64,000 nt of DNA. Source: Altibacter sp. GTDB lineage: Bacteria; Bacteroidota; Bacteroidia; Flavobacteriales; Flavobacteriaceae. This document shows positions 1 through 9,506 of this stretch, piece after piece. The notes under the pieces are model-generated. The model was not told where the DNA came from, ran no database searches, and saw only the letters and a list, made by a program, of their open reading frames with translations. Both the position numbers and the translations under genes were made by a program. Every line of letters starts with the position of its first letter. Positions within the stretch are counted from its first letter, which is position 1. The stretch lies in the NCBI RefSeq assembly GCF_002696485.1, contig NZ_NZTP01000062.1; one strand, 5' to 3'.

Positions 1-2302
1 GATTAAAAAGATTTTGTACCTGAATGCCAATGGCAGCCTTAGTTTTTTCAAACAAAACGAACGTATAGTTTCCGGCTATTTCAAAGAGATTGTATGCATC
101 GGGTGGGGTACTAACGTCTACTGTTTCAAAAGTTTCAGTCTCAGGTAAAAAAACTTCAAAATTATTGTTTGGAAATTCATTTTGTCTAAATACGTATTGC
201 TGTTTGACAGAAAAAGACCAACTTTCTTTTGTGTATGCCAAGGTATTATAAAGGTTTACCGGAGGCATATTTATTAAAGGGGTGCTGTTGCTTCGCTCGT
301 ATCCTTTCAAAAAAGAGAACTGATGCGAAAAATCCAAGGTCTCACTAATTTTATACCCAAAGTCTACGTCGACACCAAAAATCGCTGCCGGAACTTGGCG
401 ATATTCCCATACTTGAAAATTGCCACGCACGGTTTGCTGAACCCCTGTAGGCTCAATGATGATAAAATTGTCCAAATGATTGTAAAAGGGCTGTACCGAA
501 AAACTGAGGTTCCCTTTTTTCTGAATGGCCAAAAGAACTTTCTTCGATATCTCCGAAGAAAACCTTAGATCGCCCAATTCGATACGGGAAGCACTGTGAT
601 GCAAACCTTCGCTAAACAATTCAGAAGGATTTGGAGCTCTTTGTGAAAGTGCCAAATTGCTAAAAATCCACCAATCATCCTTCAAGTTGTAACTCGCTCC
701 CAACGTTGCAGCTACATTGTTGAAGCTCGGCTTAGGATTAGTTAAAATCTGATTTCCAAATTCTTCCACAACCAATTCGGGGAAGAGTTCGTCGTAGTTT
801 CTACTTTCCCAAAATGAAGTTCTATAGAATTTTAGTACATCCATGGATGTGTGGTCAAAACGAATTCCTGCTTCTCCTATAAGACGATCACTAAATTGAT
901 AATCGGCTATAAAAAAACCTCCCAGCTTATATTGGTCATAGTCGGGAATAAGTCTTCTAACACCGGTATCGGGATTCGCAAAATTTGTTTGGTAATTAAA
1001 AGCCAAGCCGGTTTTAAAAGAGAAATTTCCTTTATCCTCTTCCAGGTCCATTTGAAAGTTATGTGTGGTTAATTCGAGATCTACCGAAGGTGTATCTCTG
1101 TTGTCACCTCTTCTAACATCAAATTCCAATCGGTTATTTAATTGAAAGTCATACTGGAATTTCACAGTTCCGAAGCCTTCGTATTTTTTGAAAACATTTA
1201 CTTTTCCGATTTGATGGGTTACCTCCTGTCTGGGTTGGTCAATTTCGTAAGTAAAGTCTTCAATAATTAACGGGCGATCACTATTTATGGCAATTACTTG
1301 GTCTTCTGCACCTCCTAAATGTGAAGCTCTTAAGATCCCTACTTCATTTTTAAAATAAGAATAGAGAATATCCACGCCCCAGTTGATCCTGTTTAAACCT
1401 GATTTTAATAAAAAATCCCTTTCAAAATTTCCTGTATTTGAAAGAACATAATCCGGAGATTCGAAATCCCCAAACCGCTTAAAAGTCCCTTGAATTTGAG
1501 CATTCCAGCCACTTTCGAAACTTTTAATTAAAGATGTAGTGTTGGATCCACCTTTACCATTGCTGCTAAAGGTGAAAATGCTCCTTCCAAATAGCGAATC
1601 CTTTATGGGGATGCGAACCGGCTCAGTAACAATTATTCCGCCAATGGCATCACCGGTATATTGCAATGCTGACGCCCCTTTTATAACCGTAATTCGACTA
1701 GCAGTATTTAGATCGACATTGGGAGAATGTTCCACACCCCATTCTTGATCTTGCATGCGAACGCCATTATTAATTGTTGAAACTCTGCTGCTATGCAAAC
1801 CATTAATCACCGGTTTCACCACTGTATTTCCAGTATTGAGTGTAGTAACCCCACTTAAGTTTCGTATTGCGTCTCCCAAACTTTGGCCACTGTAATTCTC
1901 CAGCATGTCCCTATCTATTGTATTCTCCAAAACAGTTTCTGTTTTAGTCGTGTAGGCCTTAGCCGATAAAACGATCTCGTTTAAAGAATCTATATGATGC
2001 TCTAGGTAAAACGTTTTCTCATCATCATCACTTATGGATATTGAAACCACTTTGGTTTTACACTCTGGGTGGGAAATTTGTAAATTATAATCGCCCTCAC
2101 ACAAGGAGTTGAACTCGAAAGTACCATCGAGATCGGTTTGAGTGGCTGCATCAATTCCTGCAATGACAATAGTGGCACCTATCAAAGGTGAACTATCATG
2201 GAAATCGCGAATAGTACCAGTAAATTTTAGATTACAATCTTGAGAATAGACCGTACAAACAAAATTACTCGCTACAAAAATTGCAAGCAATAAAATGCGC
2301 AT
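1..2302 (-). CDS. TonB-dependent outer-membrane receptor; C-terminal end runs off the window start
   Basis: Absent from the ORF track because there is no in-window stop. My minus-strand translation from ATG 2302-2300 gives MRILLLAIFVASNFVCTVYSQDCNLKFTGTIRDFHDSSPLIGATIVIAG... This shows a signal peptide and a carboxypeptidase-regulatory-like N-domain, then plug-like NLSGVTTLNTGNTVVKPVINGLHSSRV..VIKGASALQYTGDAIGGII. No minus-strand stop-bounded ORF is listed in 1-2302, so the frame stays open. The last codons read ..GIQVQNLFN, which is barrel-strand-like. Confidence 0.85.
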   Translation of the reverse strand, partial: MRILLLAIFVASNFVCTVYSQDCNLKFTGTIRDFHDSSPLIGATIVIAGIDAATQTDLDGTFEFNSLCEGDYNLQISHPECKTKVVSISISDDDEKTFYLEHHIDSLNEIVLSAKAYTTKTETVLENTIDRDMLENYSGQSLGDAIRNLSGVTTLNTGNTVVKPVINGLHSSRVSTINNGVRMQDQEWGVEHSPNVDLNTASRITVIKGASALQYTGDAIGGIIVTEPVRIPIKDSLFGRSIFTFSSNGKGGSNTTSLIKSFESGWNAQIQGTFKRFGDFESPDYVLSNTGNFERDFLLKSGLNRINWGVDILYSYFKNEVGILRASHLGGAEDQVIAINSDRPLIIEDFTYEIDQPRQEVTHQIGKVNVFKKYEGFGTVKFQYDFQLNNRLEFDVRRGDNRDTPSVDLELTTHNFQMDLEEDKGNFSFKTGLAFNYQTNFANPDTGVRRLIPDYDQYKLGGFFIADYQFSDRLIGEAGIRFDHTSMDVLKFYRTSFWESRNYDELFPELVVEEFGNQILTNPKPSFNNVAATLGASYNLKDDWWIFSNLALSQRAPNPSELFSEGLHHSASRIELGDLRFSSEISKKVLLAIQKKGNLSFSVQPFYNHLDNFIIIEPTGVQQTVRGNFQVWEYRQVPAAIFGVDVDFGYKISETLDFSHQFSFLKGYERSNSTPLINMPPVNLYNTLAYTKESWSFSVKQQYVFRQNEFPNNNFEVFLPETETFETVDVSTPPDAYNLFEIAGNYTFVLFEKTKAAIGIQVQNLFN

Positions 2303-2334
2303 ATTAAAAGGTTTAGAATGGACAAAAGAGAACT

Positions 2335-2661
2335 TTAAATATACGCCGGGGGTGCTCTCAATTGTTTAAACCTATATGTGTTATTATGCAGTCGTTTTAT
2401 GAAATATTCTGAAGCTTTCTTTTCAACTTTCGTAACTAAGATCTCTTGAGTTCCTTCATGAAAAAGATAGATTTTTGAAAAGAAAAAGAAGTTTATTGAA
2501 CAATCTAACTTGTCTTCGTGAATATGGGTAAGAACATCATTGCAGGGTTTGTGATCATGACCTTCAAAAAGATGGGAGAACTGAAACGCAGAAGGGAACA
2601 GCAAGGCGAACACCAAGAACGGTGTTATGATATATTGCCTAATATCGCTTTTCACTAACAT
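2335..2661 (-). CDS. Small membrane-anchored His/Cys-rich protein of unknown function
   Basis: 108 aa with an N-terminal hydrophobic helix (IITPFLVFALLFPSAF) followed by HLFEGHDHKPCNDVLTHIHEDKLDC. Its start overlaps the upstream stop (TAATG, 2659-2663). It lies 32 nt upstream of the TonB-dependent receptor start. Confidence 0.5.
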   Translation of the reverse strand: MLVKSDIRQYIITPFLVFALLFPSAFQFSHLFEGHDHKPCNDVLTHIHEDKLDCSINFFFFSKIYLFHEGTQEILVTKVEKKASEYFIKRLHNNTYRFKQLRAPPAYI

Positions 2662-2966
2662 TATTTGCTTCCAATTAAAAATCCCAATTTCATACCGCGC
2701 AGCATCTTTTTCTCAAATTCCCAAAAAAAGGTGTATTCGCCAAATAGCCATCCAAATAGGACGAGAAGGACCTGATACAGCGGAAAAATGATCACAATAC
2801 GTGTCGTCCAATAAAGCAACCAACCCATCTCTCTTGTGATGCCTACCCAACTTGTCATGGGGCCTGCAAATTTTGCGGCTGTACTACCGGTAATGGCGAA
2901 CACCACAAAAATAACAAAAAGTTGCCAGTTAGAAGTAATATTCCAACGTTCTTTCAAACGCTTCAT
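2661..2966 (-). CDS. Small multi-pass membrane protein (recalled as DUF6787-like, from memory only)
   Basis: 101 aa with about 3 hydrophobic helices. It has a 4-nt overlap with the upstream gene and a 1-nt overlap with the downstream gene. Confidence 0.6.
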   Translation of the reverse strand: MKRLKERWNITSNWQLFVIFVVFAITGSTAAKFAGPMTSWVGITREMGWLLYWTTRIVIIFPLYQVLLVLFGWLFGEYTFFWEFEKKMLRGMKLGFLIGSK

Positions 2967-3367
2967 CGTAGCCGCTGCCTATATTTTTGTTCGAAGAATT
3001 GAAAATAATTATAGAGTAAATAATTGACCTCATGCCCATAATCGATATCCGATCTATATTCGATCTCCTGTGGATATAATGCTCTTGAAAAAGACAAATT
3101 GCGAACCCTGTTATTGTACTCTAATACATAGAAATAATTTCGGTTCTCCAGGAAGGTCGTTTCATAATAAGAACGTGGGGGTTGCGTGATTAGCCACGCA
3201 TCAAAACCGGGTTCAATAATGAGGATCTCATATTCCAAACTGTCATTAGCGATGCGAATCGTATCAGACGTGCTGCCTGTTGCCGTGTCTCCCTTCATAA
3301 CAGACTTACCGGATTCACAGCTGTAGATGCTAAGAGCGAGGATACATAAAACGAATAATACTCTCAT
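2963..3367 (-). CDS. Lipoprotein of unknown function (recalled as DUF6146-like, from memory only)
   Basis: 134 aa with a lipoprotein signal peptide, MRVLFVLCILALSIYSC. It is the first gene of a four-gene coupled operon ending in the TonB-dependent receptor. Confidence 0.6.
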   Translation of the reverse strand: MRVLFVLCILALSIYSCESGKSVMKGDTATGSTSDTIRIANDSLEYEILIIEPGFDAWLITQPPRSYYETTFLENRNYFYVLEYNNRVRNLSFSRALYPQEIEYRSDIDYGHEVNYLLYNYFQFFEQKYRQRLR

Positions 3368-3434
3368 ACTGAAGATTTTTATAAAATTACAAAAGGTTCC
3401 TCTTCGTTTAACCGATTTTAACGGGCTTTAACAT

Positions 3435-3458
3435 TAAAAAACCACGCAGGGCGTGGTT
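3435..3458 (-). terminator. Rho-independent terminator after the DUF937-like gene
   Basis: An 8-bp stem, aaccacgc (3440-3447) / gcgtggtt (3451-3458), with a 3-nt loop. The plus-strand A-run at 3436-3441 is a T-run on the minus strand. Confidence 0.55.
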
Positions 3459-3479
3459 GTACGAATGGTTATCTTTTAA

Positions 3480-4118
3480 TTATCTTCCGAAGAGACTTCC
3501 CAGAAGACCTCCTTTTTTTGATTTGCTGCCGCCTCCCAATACCATACCTGCAATATCATCGACAACACTGCCGTCACCATCGCCGTCTAACAAGGTTTCA
3601 ATGAGGCTTTGCTGTCTCTTTTGTTGACGTCGACCACCTCCCAACATACCACCCAGTAAACTGTCCAATCCCGACTCCGATTGTACGTTCTGTTGTTGTT
3701 TTTCTTTTCCCAGATACCCTAGAACAATAGGAGCGAGGACAGCTAGGATCTGCATTACAGAATTACTGTCCACACCGGATTTCTTCGAAATGGCAGCTAC
3801 TACATTATCTTGTGAACCACCCAGCACATGACCTAAAATCCCGAGACCATCGATCTTTACTTCTTCATTGACACCACCGCCAAAAAGTTCTCCAAGGTTG
3901 TCTAATATACTACCATCGTGCTTCGCATTGAGCGCATTCATTAAACCTGAAGCTCCTTCAGATTTTGAAGTATTTCTTTTCATAGCACCCATTAACAGAG
4001 GTATTGCCATAGAGACGACTGCTGCGGTCTTATCTTCCGGTTGACTTGTTTCATTACTTACTCCGTTGATAATTTGTCTCCCGAGATCACTTTGGATTAA
4101 ATCTACTAAACTTGCCAT
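3480..4118 (-). CDS. Gly-rich protein of unknown function (DUF937-like)
   Basis: 212 aa. The N-terminus is MASLVDLIQSDLGRQIINGVS, followed by repeated LG..LGG segments. The family assignment is from memory. Confidence 0.55.
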   Translation of the reverse strand: MASLVDLIQSDLGRQIINGVSNETSQPEDKTAAVVSMAIPLLMGAMKRNTSKSEGASGLMNALNAKHDGSILDNLGELFGGGVNEEVKIDGLGILGHVLGGSQDNVVAAISKKSGVDSNSVMQILAVLAPIVLGYLGKEKQQQNVQSESGLDSLLGGMLGGGRRQQKRQQSLIETLLDGDGDGSVVDDIAGMVLGGGSKSKKGGLLGSLFGR

Positions 4119-4156
4119 ATAGTTGGTTTATAAAATATAATTCTAAAATTACACAA

Positions 4157-5119
4157 TTATCTCGTGGCAGGTTTTAAAATCGCTATGATCTGTTCTGCTA
4201 ACTCGGTGCCTATTCGATCTTGCGCTTCATCGGTCGCTGCACCAATGTGTGGACTCAGTGAGATCTTTTCGTTCATAAGGACCTTAATAGCAGGTGTGGG
4301 TTCCTGTTCAAAAGTATCCAGACCCGCAAAGGAAAGTTTTCCGCTGTCCAAGGCGTCTATTAACGCTACTTCATCGATAACACCTCCTCGTGCCGCATTG
4401 ATTATGGCAGCGCCATTCTTCATTTGTTCTATTTCGTTTCGTCCAATAATGTAATCTTTTTGTGCAGGAACATGCAAAGTGATAAAATCACTGTGTTTTA
4501 TTAATTCTGAAACAGGTTCGGTCTTTATTTTTAACGTAATTTCTTGTCCGTCGTAAAACTTCAATGTGATATCTGCTTCACCTACATGGCTATCGCTGGC
4601 AATTACTTTCATACCGCACCCTAAGGCGATTTTTGCAACTTCACGTCCTATACGCCCAAATCCGATGATGCCAATGGTCTTTCCGCGTAATTCACTTCCG
4701 CCGGCATAGTTCTTCTTTAAATCTTTAAAACGGCTATCGCCGTCCAAGGGCATGTTTCTGTTAGCATCATGCAAAAAGCGAACACCGCCAAAGAGGTGCG
4801 CAAATACCAATTCTGCTACCGATGATGAAGATGCCGCCGGGGTATTGATCACTTCAATTCCCTTTTCACGGGCATAGGCTACATCTATATTGTCCATGCC
4901 TACACCACCCCTGCCAATTACTTTTACAGAGGGACATGCGTCTATTACATCTTTGCGTACTTGTGTAGCACTGCGAACCAGAATGACGTCAATGGAGTGC
5001 TCATTGATAAAGTTAATGAGTTGTTCTTGTGCGACTTTAGTGGTGATTACCTCAAAACCTTCTTTTTCCAGCGCTTCAATTCCTGATCTTGAAATACCGT
5101 CGTTCGCTAATACTTTCAT
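4157..5119 (-). CDS. serA: D-3-phosphoglycerate dehydrogenase / D-2-hydroxyacid dehydrogenase
   Basis: 320 aa with NAD-binding GIIGFGRIGREVA and a D-isomer 2-hydroxyacid dehydrogenase layout. It sits directly downstream of serC. Confidence 0.85.
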   Translation of the reverse strand: MKVLANDGISRSGIEALEKEGFEVITTKVAQEQLINFINEHSIDVILVRSATQVRKDVIDACPSVKVIGRGGVGMDNIDVAYAREKGIEVINTPAASSSSVAELVFAHLFGGVRFLHDANRNMPLDGDSRFKDLKKNYAGGSELRGKTIGIIGFGRIGREVAKIALGCGMKVIASDSHVGEADITLKFYDGQEITLKIKTEPVSELIKHSDFITLHVPAQKDYIIGRNEIEQMKNGAAIINAARGGVIDEVALIDALDSGKLSFAGLDTFEQEPTPAIKVLMNEKISLSPHIGAATDEAQDRIGTELAEQIIAILKPATR

Positions 5120-5212
5120 AATTCGTTTTAAATTTAATTCTTTAATATACTATGTTGGATCCTGTTAGATACTCAAGAAGTAACTGTTCCTTTGATACCG
5201 CTAGAGATGTAT

Positions 5213-6280
5213 TTAGTTAGATCGTTCCAATTCTTGCATCACATCTACCAAGACTTGTACGCTTTCTAAAGGCAAAGCATTGTACATGGATGCGCGATAT
5301 CCTCCTACACTGCGATGCCCATTCAAACCATTGATACCGGCCGCTTTCCAAAGGCTGTCAAAGCGGTCCTTTTGGTTGTTGTCCGTGAGATTAAATGTGG
5401 CGTTCATCTTAGAACGATCCTCCTTATTGGGGACGAATCCTTCAAACAGCGGATTACGGTCAATTTCACTGTAAAGCAACGCTGCCTTTTGATTGTTGAT
5501 TTTTTCAATGGCAGCAACGCCTCCCATGTCTTTCAACCATTCTAAAGTCAACATGGACACATATACAGGGAATACAGCCGGCGTATTGAACATGCTTTCT
5601 TTACTAATATGGACTTGATAATTCAACATAGAAGGAATCTTTCTTGAAACCTTTCCTAGAATATCTTCTTTTACGACCACCAGGGTTGTTCCTGCCGGGC
5701 CCATGTTCTTTTGAGCACCTGCATATATAAGTGCAAATTTTGAAAAATCCAGTTGCCTTGAGAAGATATCGCTGCTCATATCGCAAACGATAGGTACATT
5801 GGTCTCCGGGAAACTTTGCAGTTGCGTTCCGAAGATGGTATTGTTGCTGGTACAATGAAAATAATCGGCGTTGGAAGGAACCTCATAATTCTTTGGGATG
5901 TAGTTGAAGTTACTTTCTTTAGAAGATGCCACTTCAACAACGTCTCCAAGTAACTTTGCTTCCTTGATAGCTTTGTCGCTCCAAGTACCCGTATTTAAAT
6001 AAGCCGCTTTATTCTCCAATAAATTATAAGCCACCATCAGAAATTCTAAACTTGCTCCACCTTGTAAGAATAGGGCTTGGTATCCTTTATTTTGAAGTCC
6101 CAAATGTTCTAAGGCCAAGGCACGCGCCTTGTCCATTACATCCACAAAATCTTTGCTGCGATGTGAAATTTCTATGAGTGACAGATCCAAACCGTTAAAG
6201 TTTAAAACTGCTTCTGAAGCTTTTTGCATTACCGACTGCGGAAGAATACAAGGACCGGCGCTAAAATTATGTTTTTTCAT
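5213..6280 (-). CDS. serC: Phosphoserine aminotransferase
   Basis: 355 aa with the typical SerC N-terminus MKKHNFSAGPCILP and C-terminal GGYRASMYNALP. Confidence 0.9.
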   Translation of the reverse strand: MKKHNFSAGPCILPQSVMQKASEAVLNFNGLDLSLIEISHRSKDFVDVMDKARALALEHLGLQNKGYQALFLQGGASLEFLMVAYNLLENKAAYLNTGTWSDKAIKEAKLLGDVVEVASSKESNFNYIPKNYEVPSNADYFHCTSNNTIFGTQLQSFPETNVPIVCDMSSDIFSRQLDFSKFALIYAGAQKNMGPAGTTLVVVKEDILGKVSRKIPSMLNYQVHISKESMFNTPAVFPVYVSMLTLEWLKDMGGVAAIEKINNQKAALLYSEIDRNPLFEGFVPNKEDRSKMNATFNLTDNNQKDRFDSLWKAAGINGLNGHRSVGGYRASMYNALPLESVQVLVDVMQELERSN

Positions 6281-6351
6281 TGAAATTGAATGTTTTGCGA
6301 TACAAAGATGTAAATTCTAACAGCATTTGGGGTTAATATATTGATAATTTA

Positions 6352-7401
6352 TCAAGATAATTTCAACAGGAACGAGAGTGTATCGACACCGTCGGCATAG
6401 TCCCATAAACGAGGCGTTTGTCCCTCACCAAAAGGAATGTCATCTATAGAAACTATACATTGTAAATGATCCCGTTGTTCGGCTAGAGTTGCGCGTACTT
6501 CCGAAGCATCAGTGTAGGATTCCCAAAAAACCACCGAAATAGGAGAGGAGAAGCCTTCATCCTTCTTCAGCAAAAGAAACTCATTGTCTAAAAGGTCCAT
6601 GCCACTCATGAGATAGACAGCTTTGTTATAATCGTAATTATTGATGTATTTTGTATGATTGATGATGTCTTTCCAAGAGTACATCGCCTTGAAGAATGGG
6701 TCGAAATCATAGCCCTCGGGCACATAGATCTTCGAAACATTTCTACAACCTAGTCCGAAATACCTAAAAATATCATTAGCCAACAGCTCTAATTGCTCAG
6801 GGGTTTCATCACCTGTAAGCATGGCAACGGCATTTCGGTTCTTCCGAATAATGTGAGGATATTTTCCAAAGTAATAGTCAAAATATCGCGCCGTATTATC
6901 ACTCCCTGTGGCAATCACCGCATCAAAGTCTTGCAGTTTTTCTTCGGAAAAGGCAATCATATCTTCAAATTCGGGTGCTACAGCCACCAAGTAAGATGCG
7001 AGATAGGGTAGGAGTTGTCTATCGTTTGAGGAAAGCTTACCGAGAAAACGATGTCCTGAGATCAAAACCGAAAGAAAATCATGGAAGCCCACCAAAGGTA
7101 TATTCCCGGCCATGATAACGGCAACGGTACTGGGGGATGTGTCCTTGATTGTATAGGCAGATAGCCAGGTTTTTATATGTGCTTCGGAAAGTGCTTCAGA
7201 CCAACTTTTACAGGCAAACCGAAGATTTTCGGGAGTGAACCAACCGTTGTGGTGTTGTGCTGCCTGCAATCGATCCTTCATTCCGAAGAAAAATTCAGAA
7301 TTAAACGGTATATCTTGCTTCATTTCAGCATTTTCCTCACCAAACTGCCCTAAAAACCTGCCTAGTGTACTAAATGCGTTAATTCTTTGTTGTAATTGCA
7401 T
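6352..7401 (-). CDS. LuxC-like acyl-CoA reductase family protein
   Basis: The track ORF 6352-7527 was trimmed to ATG 7401 ([10 protein letters not shown]..), because the extension overlaps the ferredoxin gene on the other strand. The family call comes from overall resemblance to flavobacterial acyl-CoA reductase entries, recalled from memory. Confidence 0.55.
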   Translation of the reverse strand: MQLQQRINAFSTLGRFLGQFGEENAEMKQDIPFNSEFFFGMKDRLQAAQHHNGWFTPENLRFACKSWSEALSEAHIKTWLSAYTIKDTSPSTVAVIMAGNIPLVGFHDFLSVLISGHRFLGKLSSNDRQLLPYLASYLVAVAPEFEDMIAFSEEKLQDFDAVIATGSDNTARYFDYYFGKYPHIIRKNRNAVAMLTGDETPEQLELLANDIFRYFGLGCRNVSKIYVPEGYDFDPFFKAMYSWKDIINHTKYINNYDYNKAVYLMSGMDLLDNEFLLLKKDEGFSSPISVVFWESYTDASEVRATLAEQRDHLQCIVSIDDIPFGEGQTPRLWDYADGVDTLSFLLKLS

Positions 7402-7465
7402 ACGAAGTTTGGAGTTGCCCTTTATAGACCTTAAATTTGCGGCAAAGTTAGAAAAAGAAATACCG

Positions 7466-7816
7466 ATGGCCATTATAATTACAGATGAATGTATTAACTG
7501 CGGCGCTTGTGAGCCGGAATGCCCCAATACTGCGATCTACGAAGGAGCAGATGATTGGCGCTATGCAGATGGAACAGACCTGGAAGGAAATGTAGTACTT
7601 CCCAACGGAAAAGCTGTGGATGCCGGCGAAACGCAAGAACCCATTAGTGATGAGATCTACTATATCGTTCCCGATAAGTGTACCGAATGTAAGGGCTTCC
7701 ATGATGAGCCACAATGTGCAGCTGTTTGCCCGGTGGATTGTTGTGTGCCGGATGAGGACCATGTAGAAAGTGAAGCAGAATTATTAGGCAAGCAAGCCTT
7801 CCTTCATCACAAGTAG
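7466..7816 (+). CDS. 4Fe-4S dicluster ferredoxin
   Basis: The track ORF was trimmed to ATG 7466 ([20 protein letters not shown]). A second cluster motif, [18 protein letters not shown], is present. Confidence 0.85.
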   Translation: MAIIITDECINCGACEPECPNTAIYEGADDWRYADGTDLEGNVVLPNGKAVDAGETQEPISDEIYYIVPDKCTECKGFHDEPQCAAVCPVDCCVPDEDHVESEAELLGKQAFLHHK

Positions 7817-7829
7817 GATATATATAAAC

Positions 7830-7880
7830 AAAAAAAATGTCATCCTCGTTCCATCATGGAAGTCTCTGGATGACATTTTC
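7830..7880. terminator. Bidirectional terminator hairpin between convergent genes
   Basis: A 12-bp stem, aaaatgtcatcc (7834-7845) / ggatgacatttt (7868-7879). It is flanked by an A-run and a T-run. The loop is long (22 nt). Confidence 0.5.
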
Positions 7881-7909
7881 CTTTTATACGGGGGCGTTAC
7901 AGCCTCTAA

Positions 7910-8449
7910 TTACATTTTATCTTTCTTCATGACCTTTGTTTCGGCCGGGTCCAATTTATACAATGTATATACGATTGAATCGGTTTTAGGGTCGTAACTT
8001 TCTACTACAAAATGTCCGTTCTGATTAAAATAACCGAATGAACTGTTACCATTTTGAGACATTATATAATATCCTTTCTGCGACGACGGACGAATTACGG
8101 CATATTCTACAGGCTTAGTGTCGTCTTCCGTCATAGTAATTAATTGGAAACCATTTGTAGAATGCGGTTCGAAACGATAGGATATTCCGTCGTTGGAATA
8201 GTTTACGTCTGTTTTCACTTTTACAGGCTCCATGACCGTACTAAAGTTGTGTTTTCCATCGAAACTTGTCAATGCCAAATCTTGGCTTTGCTTGGTCGTG
8301 ACTTCTTTCGTTGTAACGTCTACACCTTTGCTATCCTTAACGGTTGTTTTCGTTACTGTGGTAGTCGTTTTTTCGTTCTCATTTTGGGTTACCTGCGAAA
8401 ACGCAGTTGTACACGCTGCTAGTGCACATACCATTAATATCTTCTTCAT
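7910..8449 (-). CDS. Lipoprotein of unknown function
   Basis: 179 aa with signal/lipobox MKKILMVCALAAC. The N-terminal region is Thr/Lys-rich. Confidence 0.6.
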   Translation of the reverse strand: MKKILMVCALAACTTAFSQVTQNENEKTTTTVTKTTVKDSKGVDVTTKEVTTKQSQDLALTSFDGKHNFSTVMEPVKVKTDVNYSNDGISYRFEPHSTNGFQLITMTEDDTKPVEYAVIRPSSQKGYYIMSQNGNSSFGYFNQNGHFVVESYDPKTDSIVYTLYKLDPAETKVMKKDKM

Positions 8450-8617
8450 AATAGTTTCAGTTTTGATTAATACTGAATTAAAAGTACAGAAGATGAATGT
8501 TAAATACCGATAACAGCATGATAAGACTTTCCTAAACTTTGAAGAAGAGCAGTTAATTTATCATAATTTTTCTTAAAATCCGGGCTTTTAAGGGATTGTT
8601 GGCGTCGCCTGTATCAA

Positions 8618-9505
8618 ATGCATACTTTTTTGTACTTTAGACACATGCCTGTTTGGTTGGACATACTTATAACGGTACTTGCCATATATGTTGGTATTAG
8701 TATAGCACTGTATTACCTTCAGGAATATTTCTTATTCAAGCCCGAAAAATTACCTAAAGATTTCAAATTCTATTACGATAACCAGATCGTTGAAGAATAC
8801 AATCTGGAAACTCGAGACGGTGCGACCATCAATGGGCTGCATTTTAGAGTTAGAAATCCGCGCGGGGTCGTGCTCTATTTGAAAGGTAATTCAAAAAGCA
8901 TTAAAGGCTGGGGGAAGTTTGCGGTGGATTTTACCAGAAACAAGTATGATGTGATCATGATAGATTATCGCGGTTTTGGAAAAAGTACCGGAAAACGTTC
9001 ACAAAAGGCGATTAAGAATGACCTGCAATATATTTACAATACCATTCGAGAACGTGTGGACGAAAAATATATAATCCTCTATGGCAGATCCCTTGGGTCC
9101 GGTTTTGCTACCAAATTAGCATCCATGAACAACCCCAAGTTGTTAATACTTGATGCTCCCTATTACAGTCTTTCAAAGGTCACAGGAAGGTTTATGCCTT
9201 TTATGCCTTTATCCATTATTATGCGTTATCCGCTGCCTACCTATAAGTGGTTGAAATATGTAAATTGCCCGGTGCGCATCATTCATGGTACACAAGACAA
9301 TCTTATACCCTTTAGCAGCAGTGTAAAACTCTCACAGATAAAACCAAAGCAAACACGACTGTACCCGGTAATAGGCGGGGGACATAAAAACCTCAATAAT
9401 TTTGAAGAATACCACAAAATTCTAGAAGAGATCCTTACTGCCAAAGATTACAATATAGATCTTTCCACCACGAGTCTTCATGTTAAACATTCAGCCAAAA
9501 AATAG
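8618..9505 (+). CDS. Alpha/beta hydrolase, membrane-anchored (paralog 1)
   Basis: 295 aa with an N-terminal TM helix. The nucleophile elbow is GRSLGSG and there is a C-terminal GGGH. An alternative start at 8645 (MPVWLD) is possible. Confidence 0.75.
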   Translation: MHTFLYFRHMPVWLDILITVLAIYVGISIALYYLQEYFLFKPEKLPKDFKFYYDNQIVEEYNLETRDGATINGLHFRVRNPRGVVLYLKGNSKSIKGWGKFAVDFTRNKYDVIMIDYRGFGKSTGKRSQKAIKNDLQYIYNTIRERVDEKYIILYGRSLGSGFATKLASMNNPKLLILDAPYYSLSKVTGRFMPFMPLSIIMRYPLPTYKWLKYVNCPVRIIHGTQDNLIPFSSSVKLSQIKPKQTRLYPVIGGGHKNLNNFEEYHKILEEILTAKDYNIDLSTTSLHVKHSAKK

Positions 9506-9506
9506 G

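Noticed and set aside
7402-7527. A long N-terminal extension of the acyl-CoA-reductase-like ORF, and a matching 5' extension of the ferredoxin ORF (7235-7465), give a large antisense overlap.
   Set aside because: Both extensions are artefacts of taking the longest ORF. Internal ATGs at 7401 and 7466 give canonical N-termini ([25 protein letters not shown]) and a normal 64-bp divergent spacer.
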